Assembly (NCBI GenBank): GCA_032117075.1
Contig: JAUMAA010000004.1
Location: 2,629-66,628 of the forward strand
Direction: 5' to 3'
Source: Patescibacteria group bacterium
GTDB taxonomy: Bacteria > Patescibacteriota > WWE3 > UBA101185 > UBA10185
Length of the DNA: 64,000 nucleotides
This document shows positions 46,583 through 56,040 of the stretch, one piece after another (positions within the stretch are counted from its first letter, which is position 1; each line of letters begins with the position of its first letter). Below the pieces are notes generated by a model. That model had not been told where the DNA came from. It saw only the letters and a list, made by a program, of their open reading frames with translations, and did not search any database. The translations under genes and the position numbers were made by a program.

Positions 46583-48688
46583 ATGGTTGTATGTCACAAA
46601 TGCGGACAAAGAAGAGCCGTAATTTCCACAAACAAAATAGTAGATGGTAAGCAAGTTTATATCGCTTTATGCGAGAAATGTTACAAAGAATCCCAGGATA
46701 ATTCAGTTTCTACCTCTGCCTTAGATAAATTTGGAAGGGATTTAACTGATTTAGCAAGAGAAGGAAAGTTAGATCCTGTAATTGGTAGACAAACTGAAGT
46801 TGAAAGAGTAATTCATATATTATCAAGAAGAACAAAAAATAACCCAGTTTTGATTGGCGAGCCAGGAGTTGGTAAGACTGCTGTAGTAGAAGGACTTGCC
46901 CAAAGAATTATTTCAGGCTCAGTTCCTGAAATTTTAAGAAATAAGAGAGTCTTCTCGTTAGACATGGCTTCTATTTTAGCAGGAACTGCTCACAGAGGTC
47001 AGTTTGAAGCAAGACTTAAAGATATTATTAAAGAAGTTTCTAAAGCTGAAGGCCAGATTATTCTTTTTATGGACGAGGTTCATACTCTTATTGGAGCAGG
47101 TGCTGCAGAAGGAGCTATTGATGCTGCTAACATGCTTAAACCATCCTTAGCTAGAGGAGAGCTTCAAATGATTGGAGCCACAACTCTTGATGAATACAAA
47201 AAACATATCGAAAAAGATGCAGCCTTAGAAAGAAGGTTTCAGCCAGTCATAGTTAAAGAACCCTCAATTGAGGATGCCATTTTAATTTTAAAAGGTTTGA
47301 GAGATACCTATGAAGTTCATCATCAAGTAAAAATTACAAACGAAGCTATTGATGCGGCTGTCCATATGTCTAAAAGATATATTAACGATAGATTTTTACC
47401 TGATAAAGCAATTGACTTGATGGATGAGGCTTCCGCTCAGGTAAGAATTTCTTCAATTAAAGAGCCTTCCAATTTGAAAGAAGTTGAACAAAATATTTTA
47501 GATCTTAAAGAAAAATTAAGAAACGATGAATTAGAATTTAAAGAAAAAGCCAAAATTGAAGAAGAGATAGAAAATTTAAAGAATCTTAGGGAAGAGCTAG
47601 TAGAGTTATGGACTCGAACAAAAATCGAAGAAACTCCTTCTGTGACCAAAAAAGATGTTGTTAGAGTAGTTTCTTTAATGACCGGGATTCCTTTAGATGA
47701 ATTAAGTGTTGAGGAAAAAGAAAAACTTTCAAAACTTGAAGAAAGATTAGGAAATAGAGTTGTCGGTCAAAAACAAGCTCTAAAAGTTCTATCTTCTGCA
47801 ATTAGAAGATCCAGAGCTGGACTTAAAGACCCTAAAAGACCTATTGGTACTTTCCTCTTCCTAGGTTCAACCGGGGTTGGAAAAACAGAAGTTGCCAAAT
47901 CATTAGCAGAATTGCTTTACGGTAATGAGGATATGCTGGTAAGACTGGATATGACTGAATATATGGAAAAGCATACAGTTTCTAGATTATTTGGAGCTCC
48001 TCCAGGATATATTGGGTATGATAATGGTGGTCAACTTACTGATACTGTAAGAAGAAAACCATTTTCGATCATTCTTTTAGATGAGGTTGAAAAAGCACAC
48101 GGTGATGTTTTTAATGCTCTTCTTCAGATTATGGATGACGGAAGACTTACAGATGGTAAAGGAAGAACAGTTGACTTTAAAAATACAATTATAATTATGA
48201 CATCTAATTTAGGCTCGAATGTTCTCAAAAGAGCTGAAATTGGTTTGACTTCTTCTAAAAAAGATAAATCAAAAGAAGAGATTACATTACAAAATGAGCA
48301 AAAATTAGATAAAGTTTTAAAAGATTACTTCAAGCCTGAGTTTTTAAATAGGATTGATGAGGTAGTTGTTTTCTCTAATCTATCTAAAGAAGATATAGCT
48401 GAAATAGTTAAAATTCAGATAGATAAAACAATAAAAATGCTAAAGGATCAGGGAGTGAAGTTAAATATTCTTTCCTCAGCTATGGATTACTTGGTAAATA
48501 ATGGTTACTCCGAAGAGTATGGTGCCAGACCTTTGAAAAGACTGATTCAGAAGGAAATTGAAAATAAATTGTCAGAAATGATAATATCTGACGAAATAGT
48601 CTCAGGAAATGAGGTTGAAATAGGAGTTTTGGATGGAAAACTGGATTTTAAGGTAAAAGTTCCTGAAAATGCAGAAATTCTTAACTAA
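46583..48688 (+). CDS. clpC: Clp/Hsp100 AAA+ chaperone (ClpC/ClpA-like, two AAA modules) with N-terminal C4 zinc ribbon instead of Clp_N repeats
   Basis: 701-aa ORF. N-terminus [10 protein letters not shown] ... CEKCYKE. Walker [10 protein letters not shown] (D1) and GSTGVGKTE (D2). A coiled-coil UVR-like middle region. C-terminal [10 protein letters not shown]. Confidence 0.75.
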   Translation: MVVCHKCGQRRAVISTNKIVDGKQVYIALCEKCYKESQDNSVSTSALDKFGRDLTDLAREGKLDPVIGRQTEVERVIHILSRRTKNNPVLIGEPGVGKTAVVEGLAQRIISGSVPEILRNKRVFSLDMASILAGTAHRGQFEARLKDIIKEVSKAEGQIILFMDEVHTLIGAGAAEGAIDAANMLKPSLARGELQMIGATTLDEYKKHIEKDAALERRFQPVIVKEPSIEDAILILKGLRDTYEVHHQVKITNEAIDAAVHMSKRYINDRFLPDKAIDLMDEASAQVRISSIKEPSNLKEVEQNILDLKEKLRNDELEFKEKAKIEEEIENLKNLREELVELWTRTKIEETPSVTKKDVVRVVSLMTGIPLDELSVEEKEKLSKLEERLGNRVVGQKQALKVLSSAIRRSRAGLKDPKRPIGTFLFLGSTGVGKTEVAKSLAELLYGNEDMLVRLDMTEYMEKHTVSRLFGAPPGYIGYDNGGQLTDTVRRKPFSIILLDEVEKAHGDVFNALLQIMDDGRLTDGKGRTVDFKNTIIIMTSNLGSNVLKRAEIGLTSSKKDKSKEEITLQNEQKLDKVLKDYFKPEFLNRIDEVVVFSNLSKEDIAEIVKIQIDKTIKMLKDQGVKLNILSSAMDYLVNNGYSEEYGARPLKRLIQKEIENKLSEMIISDEIVSGNEVEIGVLDGKLDFKVKVPENAEILN

Positions 48689-48694
48689 AATTTC

Positions 48695-49090
48695 TTGTCA
48701 TTTAGCAAAAATCTGTTATTATTTAAAAATATGTCAAACGTTGTTGATGTTAAAAACAAAGAAATTGTTCCTTTTAGATCAGGTGATACTGTAAGAGTAC
48801 ACTATAAAATCATAGAAGGAGGAAAATCAAGAGTCCAACCATACGAAGGTATTTGTATTTCTTTTAGAGGTGAAAGTATTTCAAAGACATTCACTGTTAG
48901 AAGAATAGGTGCTGATAACATCGGTGTTGAAAGAATTTTCCCATTATATTCTCCAAATATTGAAAAAATTGAAGTTGTTTCCTACGGAAAAGTAAGAAGA
49001 GCTAAATTATTCTATCTAAGAAATAGAGTAGGTAAAGCTGCTACAAGAGTTAAAACATTAACTCCTAAAACTACAGCTAATACTGCCTAG
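48695..49090 (+). CDS. rplS: 50S ribosomal protein L19
   Basis: 131-aa ORF with [33 protein letters not shown] ... VRRI ... [11 protein letters not shown], a near-consensus L19. Confidence 0.9.
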   Translation: MSFSKNLLLFKNMSNVVDVKNKEIVPFRSGDTVRVHYKIIEGGKSRVQPYEGICISFRGESISKTFTVRRIGADNIGVERIFPLYSPNIEKIEVVSYGKVRRAKLFYLRNRVGKAATRVKTLTPKTTANTA

Positions 49091-49149
49091 TTTTCTAAAA
49101 TCATAAAATTTAAAAAATTTGAAAATATAGTCAAAATGTAGTAAAATAA

Positions 49150-49540
49150 GTATTACCCATGTAAAGTGGGTAAATTCCTGGATGTAGGAGAGAGAAATGA
49201 AAAGTCCAGAAGAGAAGGCGATTGAGTTCGCCAACAGGCAGGCAACAACACTTTTTCGTCAAGCTAGACGAAAAGAGCTCCCAATGGCATCGTCACTTGG
49301 CTGGTCAACAGTCAAAAACATTGCCTTGCGAGTTTTCGAACAAGGTGGTGGTGCCAAAGCTGTAAGGGAAGCTATACTGGAGCATGCTTCGCAGAAATGC
49401 GAAACAAAAATTGACCCAGTAAGACTACCTAGAGTCATTCCATCTTATGTTTCAGGGGGAAGAGTTTCCCCTAAAAGGAGGGATTACTAGAATTAAAGAC
49501 CTAGGGAATGTCTTAAAACTTCCCTATCTCAGTTAATTAT
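49150..49540 (+). ncRNA. rnpB: GC-rich structured RNA, best guess bacterial RNase P RNA (rnpB). Exact boundaries uncertain.
   Basis: About 45% GC island in a roughly 28% GC background. It contains GAAAAGUCC (P4 5'-strand consensus GGAAAGUCC) at 49197-49207 and GGUCAACAGUCAAAAACAUUGCC (compare GUGCAACAGAGAGCAAACCGCC, J11/12 ACAGARA) at 49304-49326. It also has GGUGGUGGUGCC...GUAAGGGAAGC (compare GGUGCGGUAAGAGCGCACC) and UGACCCAGUAAGACUAC (compare UGAACCCGGGUAGGCUGC). Multiple perfect hairpins are present (49155-49173, 49250-49278, 49369-49393, 49455-49470) and a terminal hairpin plus U-rich tract lies at 49502-49540. The overlapping 97-aa ORF uses GC-rich codons that are atypical for this genome. 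Confidence 0.45.
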
Positions 49541-49565
49541 TAGTTTTGTATATTAAAATTAATTA

Positions 49566-51059
49566 ATGTTTTCTCAATTTACTAAAAAAAACTTGTTATT
49601 GTTGTTTATCTTACCCACAATATTTCTAATTAAAATCTTCCTAAATTATTTTTTAATGGCTGAAAACGGGGATACTTACGATTTTTTTAAAGTTGCCTAT
49701 GAGTATAATCAAGGGAATTTTCTAACAGATTCTAAAAGAATGCCCTTATTTCCAATTTTGATTTCAGTATTCAACGATACAAATTATGTTGTTGCAGGTA
49801 GGGTTTTGAATAACCTATTTTACCTTGGTTCTCTGGTATTATTTTTTCATATTATTAAGAATTTATTTAATTTAGACTTTAAAAATAACCTGTTATATAC
49901 AACATTATTTGGATTTTTTTATTTAATTTTTGATAATTCTTTTTTTATCATGTCAGATACCTTATTTTTATTTCTAACCTTACTTTTTATTTATCTGTAC
50001 TATAAAAATGTTAGTACCTTAACTCTTACTCTTATTGGTTTTTTAGCTTTTTATACTCGTTTTGAAGGCATTTTACTTATTACAGGTTTGATAGTTTTAA
50101 ATATATTTAATAAAAAGTATTCTGAAGTAATTAGAATAATTAGTTATTCTTTTCTTTTGATCTTGCCTTTTTTATATAAAAATTTTCTCCTCTATGGAAA
50201 TTTTCTTAAGCTGGGGTACTTAGAAGATGCAGCTGGGTTTACCTTAAATTTTACAAACATATTAAAAGCTTTTGGAACACTGATTTTTTTAACAGGAGGA
50301 TTTTGGTTTTTACCTATATTACTTTCTCGAGCAAAAGATATACTTAAGATTGATTTCAGAACATTTCTACCCATCGTCTTAGTATTATTTACTTCTCTTC
50401 TTATTACTTGGGGATTTTATATCAGACTTTATTCAATTCCTCTATTTGTAAGTTTTTTAATTTTTATTTATTTTTTAGAAAACTATCAAAAACCATCCAA
50501 AAACTATATTTTGGTGTCAATTTTTTCATTTGTAGCATGGGTATTTATTGCCCACTTTTTGAATCATATAGATTTAGCAGAAACAAAGATTTCAAAAGGA
50601 ATAGTTGTTTTGTTTTCTTCGATAATTCTATACTTCTATTACAATTACCAAAGATTTGTTTTCTCAAAGATCTTAATTATTTTAATGATAATTATTCTTA
50701 ATTTATCTCTTTTTATAACTAAATTTATAGAAACAAGGGAAAAGTACTACACATTGGTTTTAGCAAATTCATATGCAATTGAAAATTCTATTAAAAATGT
50801 AGGTTATGCAGATGAGTCAGGAGTTACTAAATGGTATTTAAAAGATTTTAACCAAGAAAAAAACTTTATCAATTCCAAATTATCTTTTGGTGATTGGTTA
50901 ATTTCAAATAACATTGAATATTTTATATACACTGAAGAGCTGGGTTTTCAAGATAAAAAATTAAAACCTCATATTGAAATGATTAAAAATTCTGAAAAGA
51001 TAATAGAATTTAGAAGTAATTTTGCGGGAGGAAAGACTGTTATATATAAATTAAGATGA
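49566..51059 (+). CDS. Polytopic membrane protein, GT-C fold glycosyltransferase-like (ArnT/PMT-like)
   Basis: 497-aa ORF with at least 12 TM helices. The N-terminal loop has acidic residues (ENGDTYDFF) in the position of the GT-C DD/DE motif. Overlaps the next GT-C-like ORF by 4 nt. Confidence 0.35.
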   Translation: MFSQFTKKNLLLLFILPTIFLIKIFLNYFLMAENGDTYDFFKVAYEYNQGNFLTDSKRMPLFPILISVFNDTNYVVAGRVLNNLFYLGSLVLFFHIIKNLFNLDFKNNLLYTTLFGFFYLIFDNSFFIMSDTLFLFLTLLFIYLYYKNVSTLTLTLIGFLAFYTRFEGILLITGLIVLNIFNKKYSEVIRIISYSFLLILPFLYKNFLLYGNFLKLGYLEDAAGFTLNFTNILKAFGTLIFLTGGFWFLPILLSRAKDILKIDFRTFLPIVLVLFTSLLITWGFYIRLYSIPLFVSFLIFIYFLENYQKPSKNYILVSIFSFVAWVFIAHFLNHIDLAETKISKGIVVLFSSIILYFYYNYQRFVFSKILIILMIIILNLSLFITKFIETREKYYTLVLANSYAIENSIKNVGYADESGVTKWYLKDFNQEKNFINSKLSFGDWLISNNIEYFIYTEELGFQDKKLKPHIEMIKNSEKIIEFRSNFAGGKTVIYKLR

Positions 51060-52162
51060 TTAAAAAATTGATTCAAAAGATTTATTACGAAAATTCCCAA
51101 ATTATTAAAATCTGGATTATTTATATTTTAGTAATTCATTCACTCCCTTTTATATTTTCTATTTTTGGTTTATCAAAAGAACTTCCTTTTAATTTTAAAA
51201 CATATTTAATTGATTTTTGGGGTTATTATTGGGACGGTGCTCATTATTTAAAGATAATTCAGTCTGGTTATTCATATCCATTACAAGCTTTTTTCCCGGG
51301 CTATCCTCTTCTACTTAAAACACTTGATTTATTTCTACCTTTCACTGTTATCTATAAAATTAATGTTCTTCTTACCTTGCCAATGTTAATTCAACTAAAA
51401 GCTTTACTAATTAAAATGAGATTTACAGAAAGACAAATTCTTTTTGGTATGATTGGTTTTTTAAGTTTTCCAACTTCTTTTTTTCTTCAAGCTAACTACA
51501 CAGAAACCATCTACATTTTAATCTCGGCTTGGGGGTTAAATTTATTTTTAGAAAAGAAGTACTTTAAAGCTGCGATTAGTGGTTTTTTCTTGAGTTTTAT
51601 TAAAATTACTTCTGCAGTTTTTACTTTAGTATTTTTTATCAGTTTAATAAGGGAATTTAAAAAAAAGTTATTTACAGACCAAAAAAACTTCCAATATTTA
51701 CTAATTACTGCCTTAACATTAGGGGGAATAGTTATCTACTTTTCTTTCTTAAATTTTCAATTCAAAGATTTTATGATTTTCTTTAAAGCTCAGGGGGAGT
51801 GGGGCAGGGCAACTCAAGAGATTCCTTTTATTTCTGAATTTCAGGATATAAAAAAGAAATTTATATTTCAAAAGATTACAGAAGTTTTAGTTTTCGTGTT
51901 TGGGATTTTTTTGTTCATTTACTCTTACAAAAAAATCCCACTAGAATTATATTTATTTAGCATACTTCATTTTCTAATTCCATTAGCCACAGGAACTTTT
52001 TTAAGTATTAATCGATTGTTTTTGCTTTCATTTCCTGTATTGATTTGGTTTTTTGCTAATATTTCGAAAAATAAAACTATTTATTGGATATTTTTTTTAC
52101 TATTTTTAACCTTACAAATTGTAGGGTTAAATCTATTTATAAGAGGTCACTTTATTGGATAA
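51056..52162 (+). CDS. Polytopic membrane protein, GT-C-like (mannosyltransferase/DUF2029-like)
   Basis: 368-aa ORF with about 10 TM helices. An FWGYYWDGAHYLKI loop resembles GT-C family mannosyltransferases. Confidence 0.3.
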   Translation: MIKKLIQKIYYENSQIIKIWIIYILVIHSLPFIFSIFGLSKELPFNFKTYLIDFWGYYWDGAHYLKIIQSGYSYPLQAFFPGYPLLLKTLDLFLPFTVIYKINVLLTLPMLIQLKALLIKMRFTERQILFGMIGFLSFPTSFFLQANYTETIYILISAWGLNLFLEKKYFKAAISGFFLSFIKITSAVFTLVFFISLIREFKKKLFTDQKNFQYLLITALTLGGIVIYFSFLNFQFKDFMIFFKAQGEWGRATQEIPFISEFQDIKKKFIFQKITEVLVFVFGIFLFIYSYKKIPLELYLFSILHFLIPLATGTFLSINRLFLLSFPVLIWFFANISKNKTIYWIFFLLFLTLQIVGLNLFIRGHFIG

Positions 52163-52169
52163 ATTATAA

Positions 52170-52244
52170 TGGTGAGGGCGGTGAGATTCGAACTCACGAC
52201 AAACGGCTTAAAAGGCCGCTACTCTACCGCTGAGCTACACCCCC
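52170..52244 (-). tRNA. tRNA-Lys (anticodon UUU), CCA encoded
   Basis: Reverse complement reads GGGGGTGTAGCTCAGCGGTAGAGTAGCGGCCTTTTAAGCCGTTTGTCGTGAGTTCGAATCTCACCGCCCTCACCA. Anticodon loop CUUUUAA. Confidence 0.9.
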
Positions 52245-52256
52245 ATCATTTTATTA

Positions 52257-52331
52257 TGGTGACCCTACGGGGAATCGAACCCCGATTGACGGAATGAAAA
52301 TCCGTTGTCCTGGCCGTTAGACGATAGGGCC
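52257..52331 (-). tRNA. tRNA-Glu (anticodon UUC), CCA encoded
   Basis: Reverse complement reads GGCCCTATCGTCTAACGGCCAGGACAACGGATTTTCATTCCGTCAATCGGGGTTCGATTCCCCGTAGGGTCACCA. Anticodon loop UUUUCAU. Confidence 0.9.
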
Positions 52332-52377
52332 ATAATAAATCCAATTTTAACAAAAAAATATCGATTTACCAATATCT

Positions 52378-53808
52378 TTGTCTCTTCTGATAAAATATAA
52401 TTTAATGGAACTTTTATACTCAATAATTCTATCTATCTCAGCTTTTTTTCTTAGTTTAGTTCCTACCAGAGAATTTAGAGAAGGGCTGATTTCTCAACCA
52501 GTTAGTTTTTATCCTATGAAAGCTGTTTCCCAAACTGACCGAACAGTTTCGAGACTAATTTACAGAGGGTTATTTAAATACAATATATATGGTGAGCTGG
52601 TTCCGGATTTAGTAGAAACTTACTCAATTTCTAACGATGGTTTGGTTTACACTATTAAGATTAAAGATAATCAATACTATATAGATGGAAGAAAAATTAC
52701 TGCTGATGATGTTTTTTATTCCAGTATTAACTCCCAGTCATTACAAGGTATTGTGATAGATAGGGTTGATGATTTTACGGTTAATTTTACTTTACAAAAT
52801 AGGTATGCTCCATTTTTATCTTTACTTACCGAGGGTGTAATTCAAAATGGATCTATTGAAAGGGGAGGTGACTTAATGCCGGTTTCTTCTGGAGATTTTA
52901 GAGTTATTAAAGTCAAAAGGAGTGGTCCTATTATTAAAGAGATTGTTTTATATTCAACTAAATACAATATCCCTAAATTAGTCTTTAGATTTTATACATC
53001 CGAAGACGAATTAAGAATTGCAGCTAAACTTGAGGAGATTGATGCTTTTATTAGTTATGATGCCATGCAAATAGAAAACTTCGAGAAATATAGATTTCCT
53101 ATCCTCTCAAATACTTACGGATTATTTTTTAATTCCGACAACGAGAGAGTTATTTCTAGAGAGCTGAGACAAAAGATTGCAAAATCAATAAATGTTGAGG
53201 AGATAAGTTTGGAGTACGGTATTCCTGCAGAAGGTGTTATCTCTAGAGATTTTTATACTAATTACAAATTAAAATTTGATAAATATGATGATAAATTTTC
53301 TGAGGATCTCAAGGAACAAAGATTTGTGATTAAAGTTCCTGATTATAAAAACAATAAAAAAGTGGTCGAATTAATTAGAAATAGTATAGAGGATAACTTA
53401 AATATTGATTACGATATTGAGCTTTTAGAGCCTGATAGATTTATCAATGAGGTGATTAGAACAAAACAATTTGAAGTCATATTTTTTGGTATCGAGACCT
53501 CCAGAGATCCAGACAGGTATCTAAACTGGCACTCCTCAGGGAAGATTCCTGGATATAACTTTACAAACTTTACAAATGCTATTGCTGATAAATCTTTAGA
53601 AGATGGAAGAAATGAGGTAGACCCTTTCAAAAGAAAAAATCATTATGATAAGTTTCAAGAAGTTTTCGATCAAAATTTACCCGCTATTTTTCTTTACCAT
53701 CCCTTTATGAACTATTATGTTTCTAAAAGAGTTACTGGAATTACAGAAAAAACCACTTTTGATCTTTCAGATAGGTTTAATGATTACCCTAATTGGTTAA
53801 TAAATTAA
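52378..53808 (+). CDS. Family 5 solute-binding protein (OppA/DppA-like), membrane-anchored, orphan (no adjacent permease/ATPase)
   Basis: 476-aa ORF (TTG start at 52378, alternative ATG at 52405). SBP_bac_5-like N-terminal region (FYPMKAVSQTDRTVSRLIYRGLFKYNIYGELVPDLVETYSISNDGLVYTIKIKDNQYY.DGRKITADDVFYS). Confidence 0.55.
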   Translation: MSLLIKYNLMELLYSIILSISAFFLSLVPTREFREGLISQPVSFYPMKAVSQTDRTVSRLIYRGLFKYNIYGELVPDLVETYSISNDGLVYTIKIKDNQYYIDGRKITADDVFYSSINSQSLQGIVIDRVDDFTVNFTLQNRYAPFLSLLTEGVIQNGSIERGGDLMPVSSGDFRVIKVKRSGPIIKEIVLYSTKYNIPKLVFRFYTSEDELRIAAKLEEIDAFISYDAMQIENFEKYRFPILSNTYGLFFNSDNERVISRELRQKIAKSINVEEISLEYGIPAEGVISRDFYTNYKLKFDKYDDKFSEDLKEQRFVIKVPDYKNNKKVVELIRNSIEDNLNIDYDIELLEPDRFINEVIRTKQFEVIFFGIETSRDPDRYLNWHSSGKIPGYNFTNFTNAIADKSLEDGRNEVDPFKRKNHYDKFQEVFDQNLPAIFLYHPFMNYYVSKRVTGITEKTTFDLSDRFNDYPNWLIN

Positions 53809-53816
53809 CCTTTTCT

Positions 53817-53825
53817 TGATATAAT
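53817..53825 (+). promoter_or_regulatory. Extended -10 promoter element (TGATATAAT) for tRNA-His
   Basis: Perfect TGnTATAAT at 53817-53825, 11 nt upstream of the tRNA 5' end. No good -35 at 17 nt. Confidence 0.35.
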
Positions 53826-53836
53826 AGGCAGTAGAC

Positions 53837-53912
53837 GGTGGTCTTAGTTCAGCGGTAGAACGCCTCCCTGTGGAGGAGGATGTCATGGGTTCGATCCCCA
53901 TAGATCACCCCA
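53837..53912 (+). tRNA. tRNA-His (anticodon GUG) with genomically encoded G-1 and CCA
   Basis: GGTGGTCTTAGTTCAGCGGTAGAACGCCTCCCTGTGGAGGAGGATGTCATGGGTTCGATCCCCATAGATCACCCCA. Anticodon loop CUGUGGA. The extra 5' G pairs with discriminator C73. Confidence 0.9.
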
Positions 53913-53997
53913 TTAAATTATTTAAAATTCAATCTTGCTTTTATCTTTTAAATTAGTTACTTTTATTTCATGAGTTTTTTCTAGAAAGGAAATTCAT

Positions 53998-54234
53998 ATG
54001 GACATTGGCAGTGATTCTCAAACTGTCTATCTTCAAGACTTGGATGGGAATTTTTTCAAGTTGGTTGTTATTTCTGGTGATATTTTTAGAAGTGCTACTT
54101 TTGAAGTTCATCAGAAGATTGGAGAACATTGGTTTCATCAAGGCACAAGGGAGTCAACTTCTGGAATCAAGAAGGGTAAGTCACTTTGGGATGGTACTAC
54201 AATAGATTCGTATGTTGTTACAAATCCGATTTAG
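53998..54234 (+). CDS. Hypothetical small protein (78 aa) with its own RBS and terminator
   Basis: AAAGGAAA RBS 7 nt upstream of the ATG. Followed 20 nt later by a strong terminator. No motif. An alternative-frame 66-aa ORF (54005-54205) overlaps it. Confidence 0.35.
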   Translation: MDIGSDSQTVYLQDLDGNFFKLVVISGDIFRSATFEVHQKIGEHWFHQGTRESTSGIKKGKSLWDGTTIDSYVVTNPI

Positions 54235-54253
54235 AGAGAGGTGAGAGGTAAAA

Positions 54254-54300
54254 AGCGGCGGTGAATTTGTTCACCGTCGCATCACTATTTTTATTTTTTT
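54254..54300 (+). terminator. Rho-independent terminator
   Basis: GCGGCGGTGAA-TTTG-TTCACCGTCGC perfect 11-bp stem followed by a T-rich tract (ATCACTATTTTTATTTTTTT). Confidence 0.75.
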
Positions 54301-54315
54301 GTTAAAATAATATCT

Positions 54316-56040
54316 ATGGCTTTAACTAGAAAACAAAAAAACTTTATCAATCAAAATTTTCAACAAATTTCAATTAAGGATATGTCCCAGATTTTAAAGA
54401 TTTCTGAAATCGAGGTCATAGAATACTTAAAAAAGTTTAATTTGATTTCAAAAATGAATTCTGTTTCACAAAATTCAAAAAATAAATTTTCAAATAAAAT
54501 TGATTATGAATACAAAAGCTTCATGGATGTTTTGCAAGAAAACTTGGGTTTTTTTGTAATCATCTCAATCTTTTTATTCGTTTTATACTGGCCATCTTTA
54601 AATAGTATTTTACTAAGTGATGAAATTACCGTTTACAATACTGGAATTGTAACCGGAGCTGTTACTATCTTAAATTCTTTTTATAATACTTCTTTTATAC
54701 ATGTACTAAATTTCTCTTTATTTGGTTTAAATGGTTCTGGTTTTAGAATAGTTTCATTAGTACTACATATTTTAAATATAGTTTTATTTTTTTATATTTT
54801 TAGGAATTTTTTCTCTGAAACAGTTCTTAAGGTATCCATAGTATTACTAAGCGCTCATTCTTTAATTGCCGAAAGTATTATTTGGATTTCCGCAAATCCC
54901 TATATTTATATGGCTACTTTATATTTAGTTTCCTCAGCTTTTTCTTTAAAATTCAAAGAAGAAAAGAAATACATTTATTTATTTTTATCTTTTATCCCAA
55001 TTGTTATTTTAGCTATTTCAGGAGGTCACTCTAATTTTGCACCATTGTTCTATATTTTCTTTAATCTTTTTATACTAAGGAATCCTATAAAGCAGGAATT
55101 AAAATACTCACTTTGGTTAATGCTTTTGATTCCAATTTACGGATTAATGAATAGATCAACCGTTGATCAAAGAATTGCCTCTTTAACCACAGGCCCTTAC
55201 CTTGAAAAATTTACTCAGACACTACCCTTTACTGTTGCAAAATCTTTAGAACTAGTAATTTTTCCTTACAATTTAGCTTTATTTCATGAAGAAACCCTAA
55301 CCCCAGACTATTATACTTTTGCGAGAATTATTACTATTCTCTTTATTTCAACATTTATTGTTCTATTTATTAAAAATAGATTTTATTTTGGTGTTCTCAG
55401 TTTAGGTTTTATCTATAATGTTTACATGTTTTCTCCTGTTCAGATTTCTTGGTTTGTAGCCGAAAGGTATATGTACTTTACTATTTTTATTTATTGCCTG
55501 TTTTTAGGTATTTTTCTAAACTATTTATATGAAAAACATAATAAATATCTTCCCTATTTTCTTTTAACTTTATTTTTTTCATTTTTGGTCATTAGAACAG
55601 TTACTAGATTTGATGACTGGAAGACAAATGTTAAATTATGGACTGCAAATGTCAAAATTTCCCCAGATAGTCACCGGGTACGAAATAATCTTGCAGATAG
55701 TTTGGTTAAGGAAAGAAGATTTGCCGAAGCTGAAGAGCATTTTATACATTCTATAAAATTAAATCCAAATTTTGCAGAAGCTTATATGAATCTTGGTAAT
55801 TCGTATTTACAACAAGGGAAGCTTTCTTTAGCTGAACAAGCTTATCTTAAATCACTTGAATTAAACTCAGGGTTGGTTGATTCCTACTTAAATCTTGGTA
55901 TGATATATGCTAATAGTAAAGATTTTAGTAAGGCATATTCCGCAATAGATAAGGTCATTTTAATGGCACCGTCTTTCGAACAAGCCAAAAATATAAAGAA
56001 AGAAATAGAAAAATATGAATATTCTTCAAAAAAGAACTAA
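54316..56040 (+). CDS. TMTC/PMT_2-like GT-C membrane glycosyltransferase with C-terminal TPR repeats
   Basis: 574-aa ORF with a short cytoplasmic N-terminus, about 11 TM helices, then at least 3 TPR motifs in the last 130 aa (AEAEEHFIHSIKLNPNFAEAYMNLGNSYLQQGKLSLAEQAYLKSLELNSGLVDSYLNLGMIY). Confidence 0.45.
   Translation: MALTRKQKNFINQNFQQISIKDMSQILKISEIEVIEYLKKFNLISKMNSVSQNSKNKFSNKIDYEYKSFMDVLQENLGFFVIISIFLFVLYWPSLNSILLSDEITVYNTGIVTGAVTILNSFYNTSFIHVLNFSLFGLNGSGFRIVSLVLHILNIVLFFYIFRNFFSETVLKVSIVLLSAHSLIAESIIWISANPYIYMATLYLVSSAFSLKFKEEKKYIYLFLSFIPIVILAISGGHSNFAPLFYIFFNLFILRNPIKQELKYSLWLMLLIPIYGLMNRSTVDQRIASLTTGPYLEKFTQTLPFTVAKSLELVIFPYNLALFHEETLTPDYYTFARIITILFISTFIVLFIKNRFYFGVLSLGFIYNVYMFSPVQISWFVAERYMYFTIFIYCLFLGIFLNYLYEKHNKYLPYFLLTLFFSFLVIRTVTRFDDWKTNVKLWTANVKISPDSHRVRNNLADSLVKERRFAEAEEHFIHSIKLNPNFAEAYMNLGNSYLQQGKLSLAEQAYLKSLELNSGLVDSYLNLGMIYANSKDFSKAYSAIDKVILMAPSFEQAKNIKKEIEKYEYSSKKN

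Noticed and set aside
49197-49490. 97-aa ORF (MKSPEEKAIEFANRQ...) called in the GC-rich island
   Set aside because: Amino-acid composition (Ala/Arg/Gly-rich) and codon usage (GCG, CGA, GGC) are unlike every other gene in this AT-rich genome. The region is better explained as a structured RNA gene (RNase P RNA candidate). No RBS is evident.
49100-49560. Alternative identities for the GC-rich RNA island: tmRNA, SRP RNA, 6S RNA
   Set aside because: There is no tRNA-like acceptor/T-arm (GGUUCGAnUCC ... CCA 3' end) and no tag-peptide reading frame for tmRNA. There is no SRP domain-IV GGAAGCAGCCAAGG-like core. RNase P-like motifs in the correct order fit better, though they are not proven.
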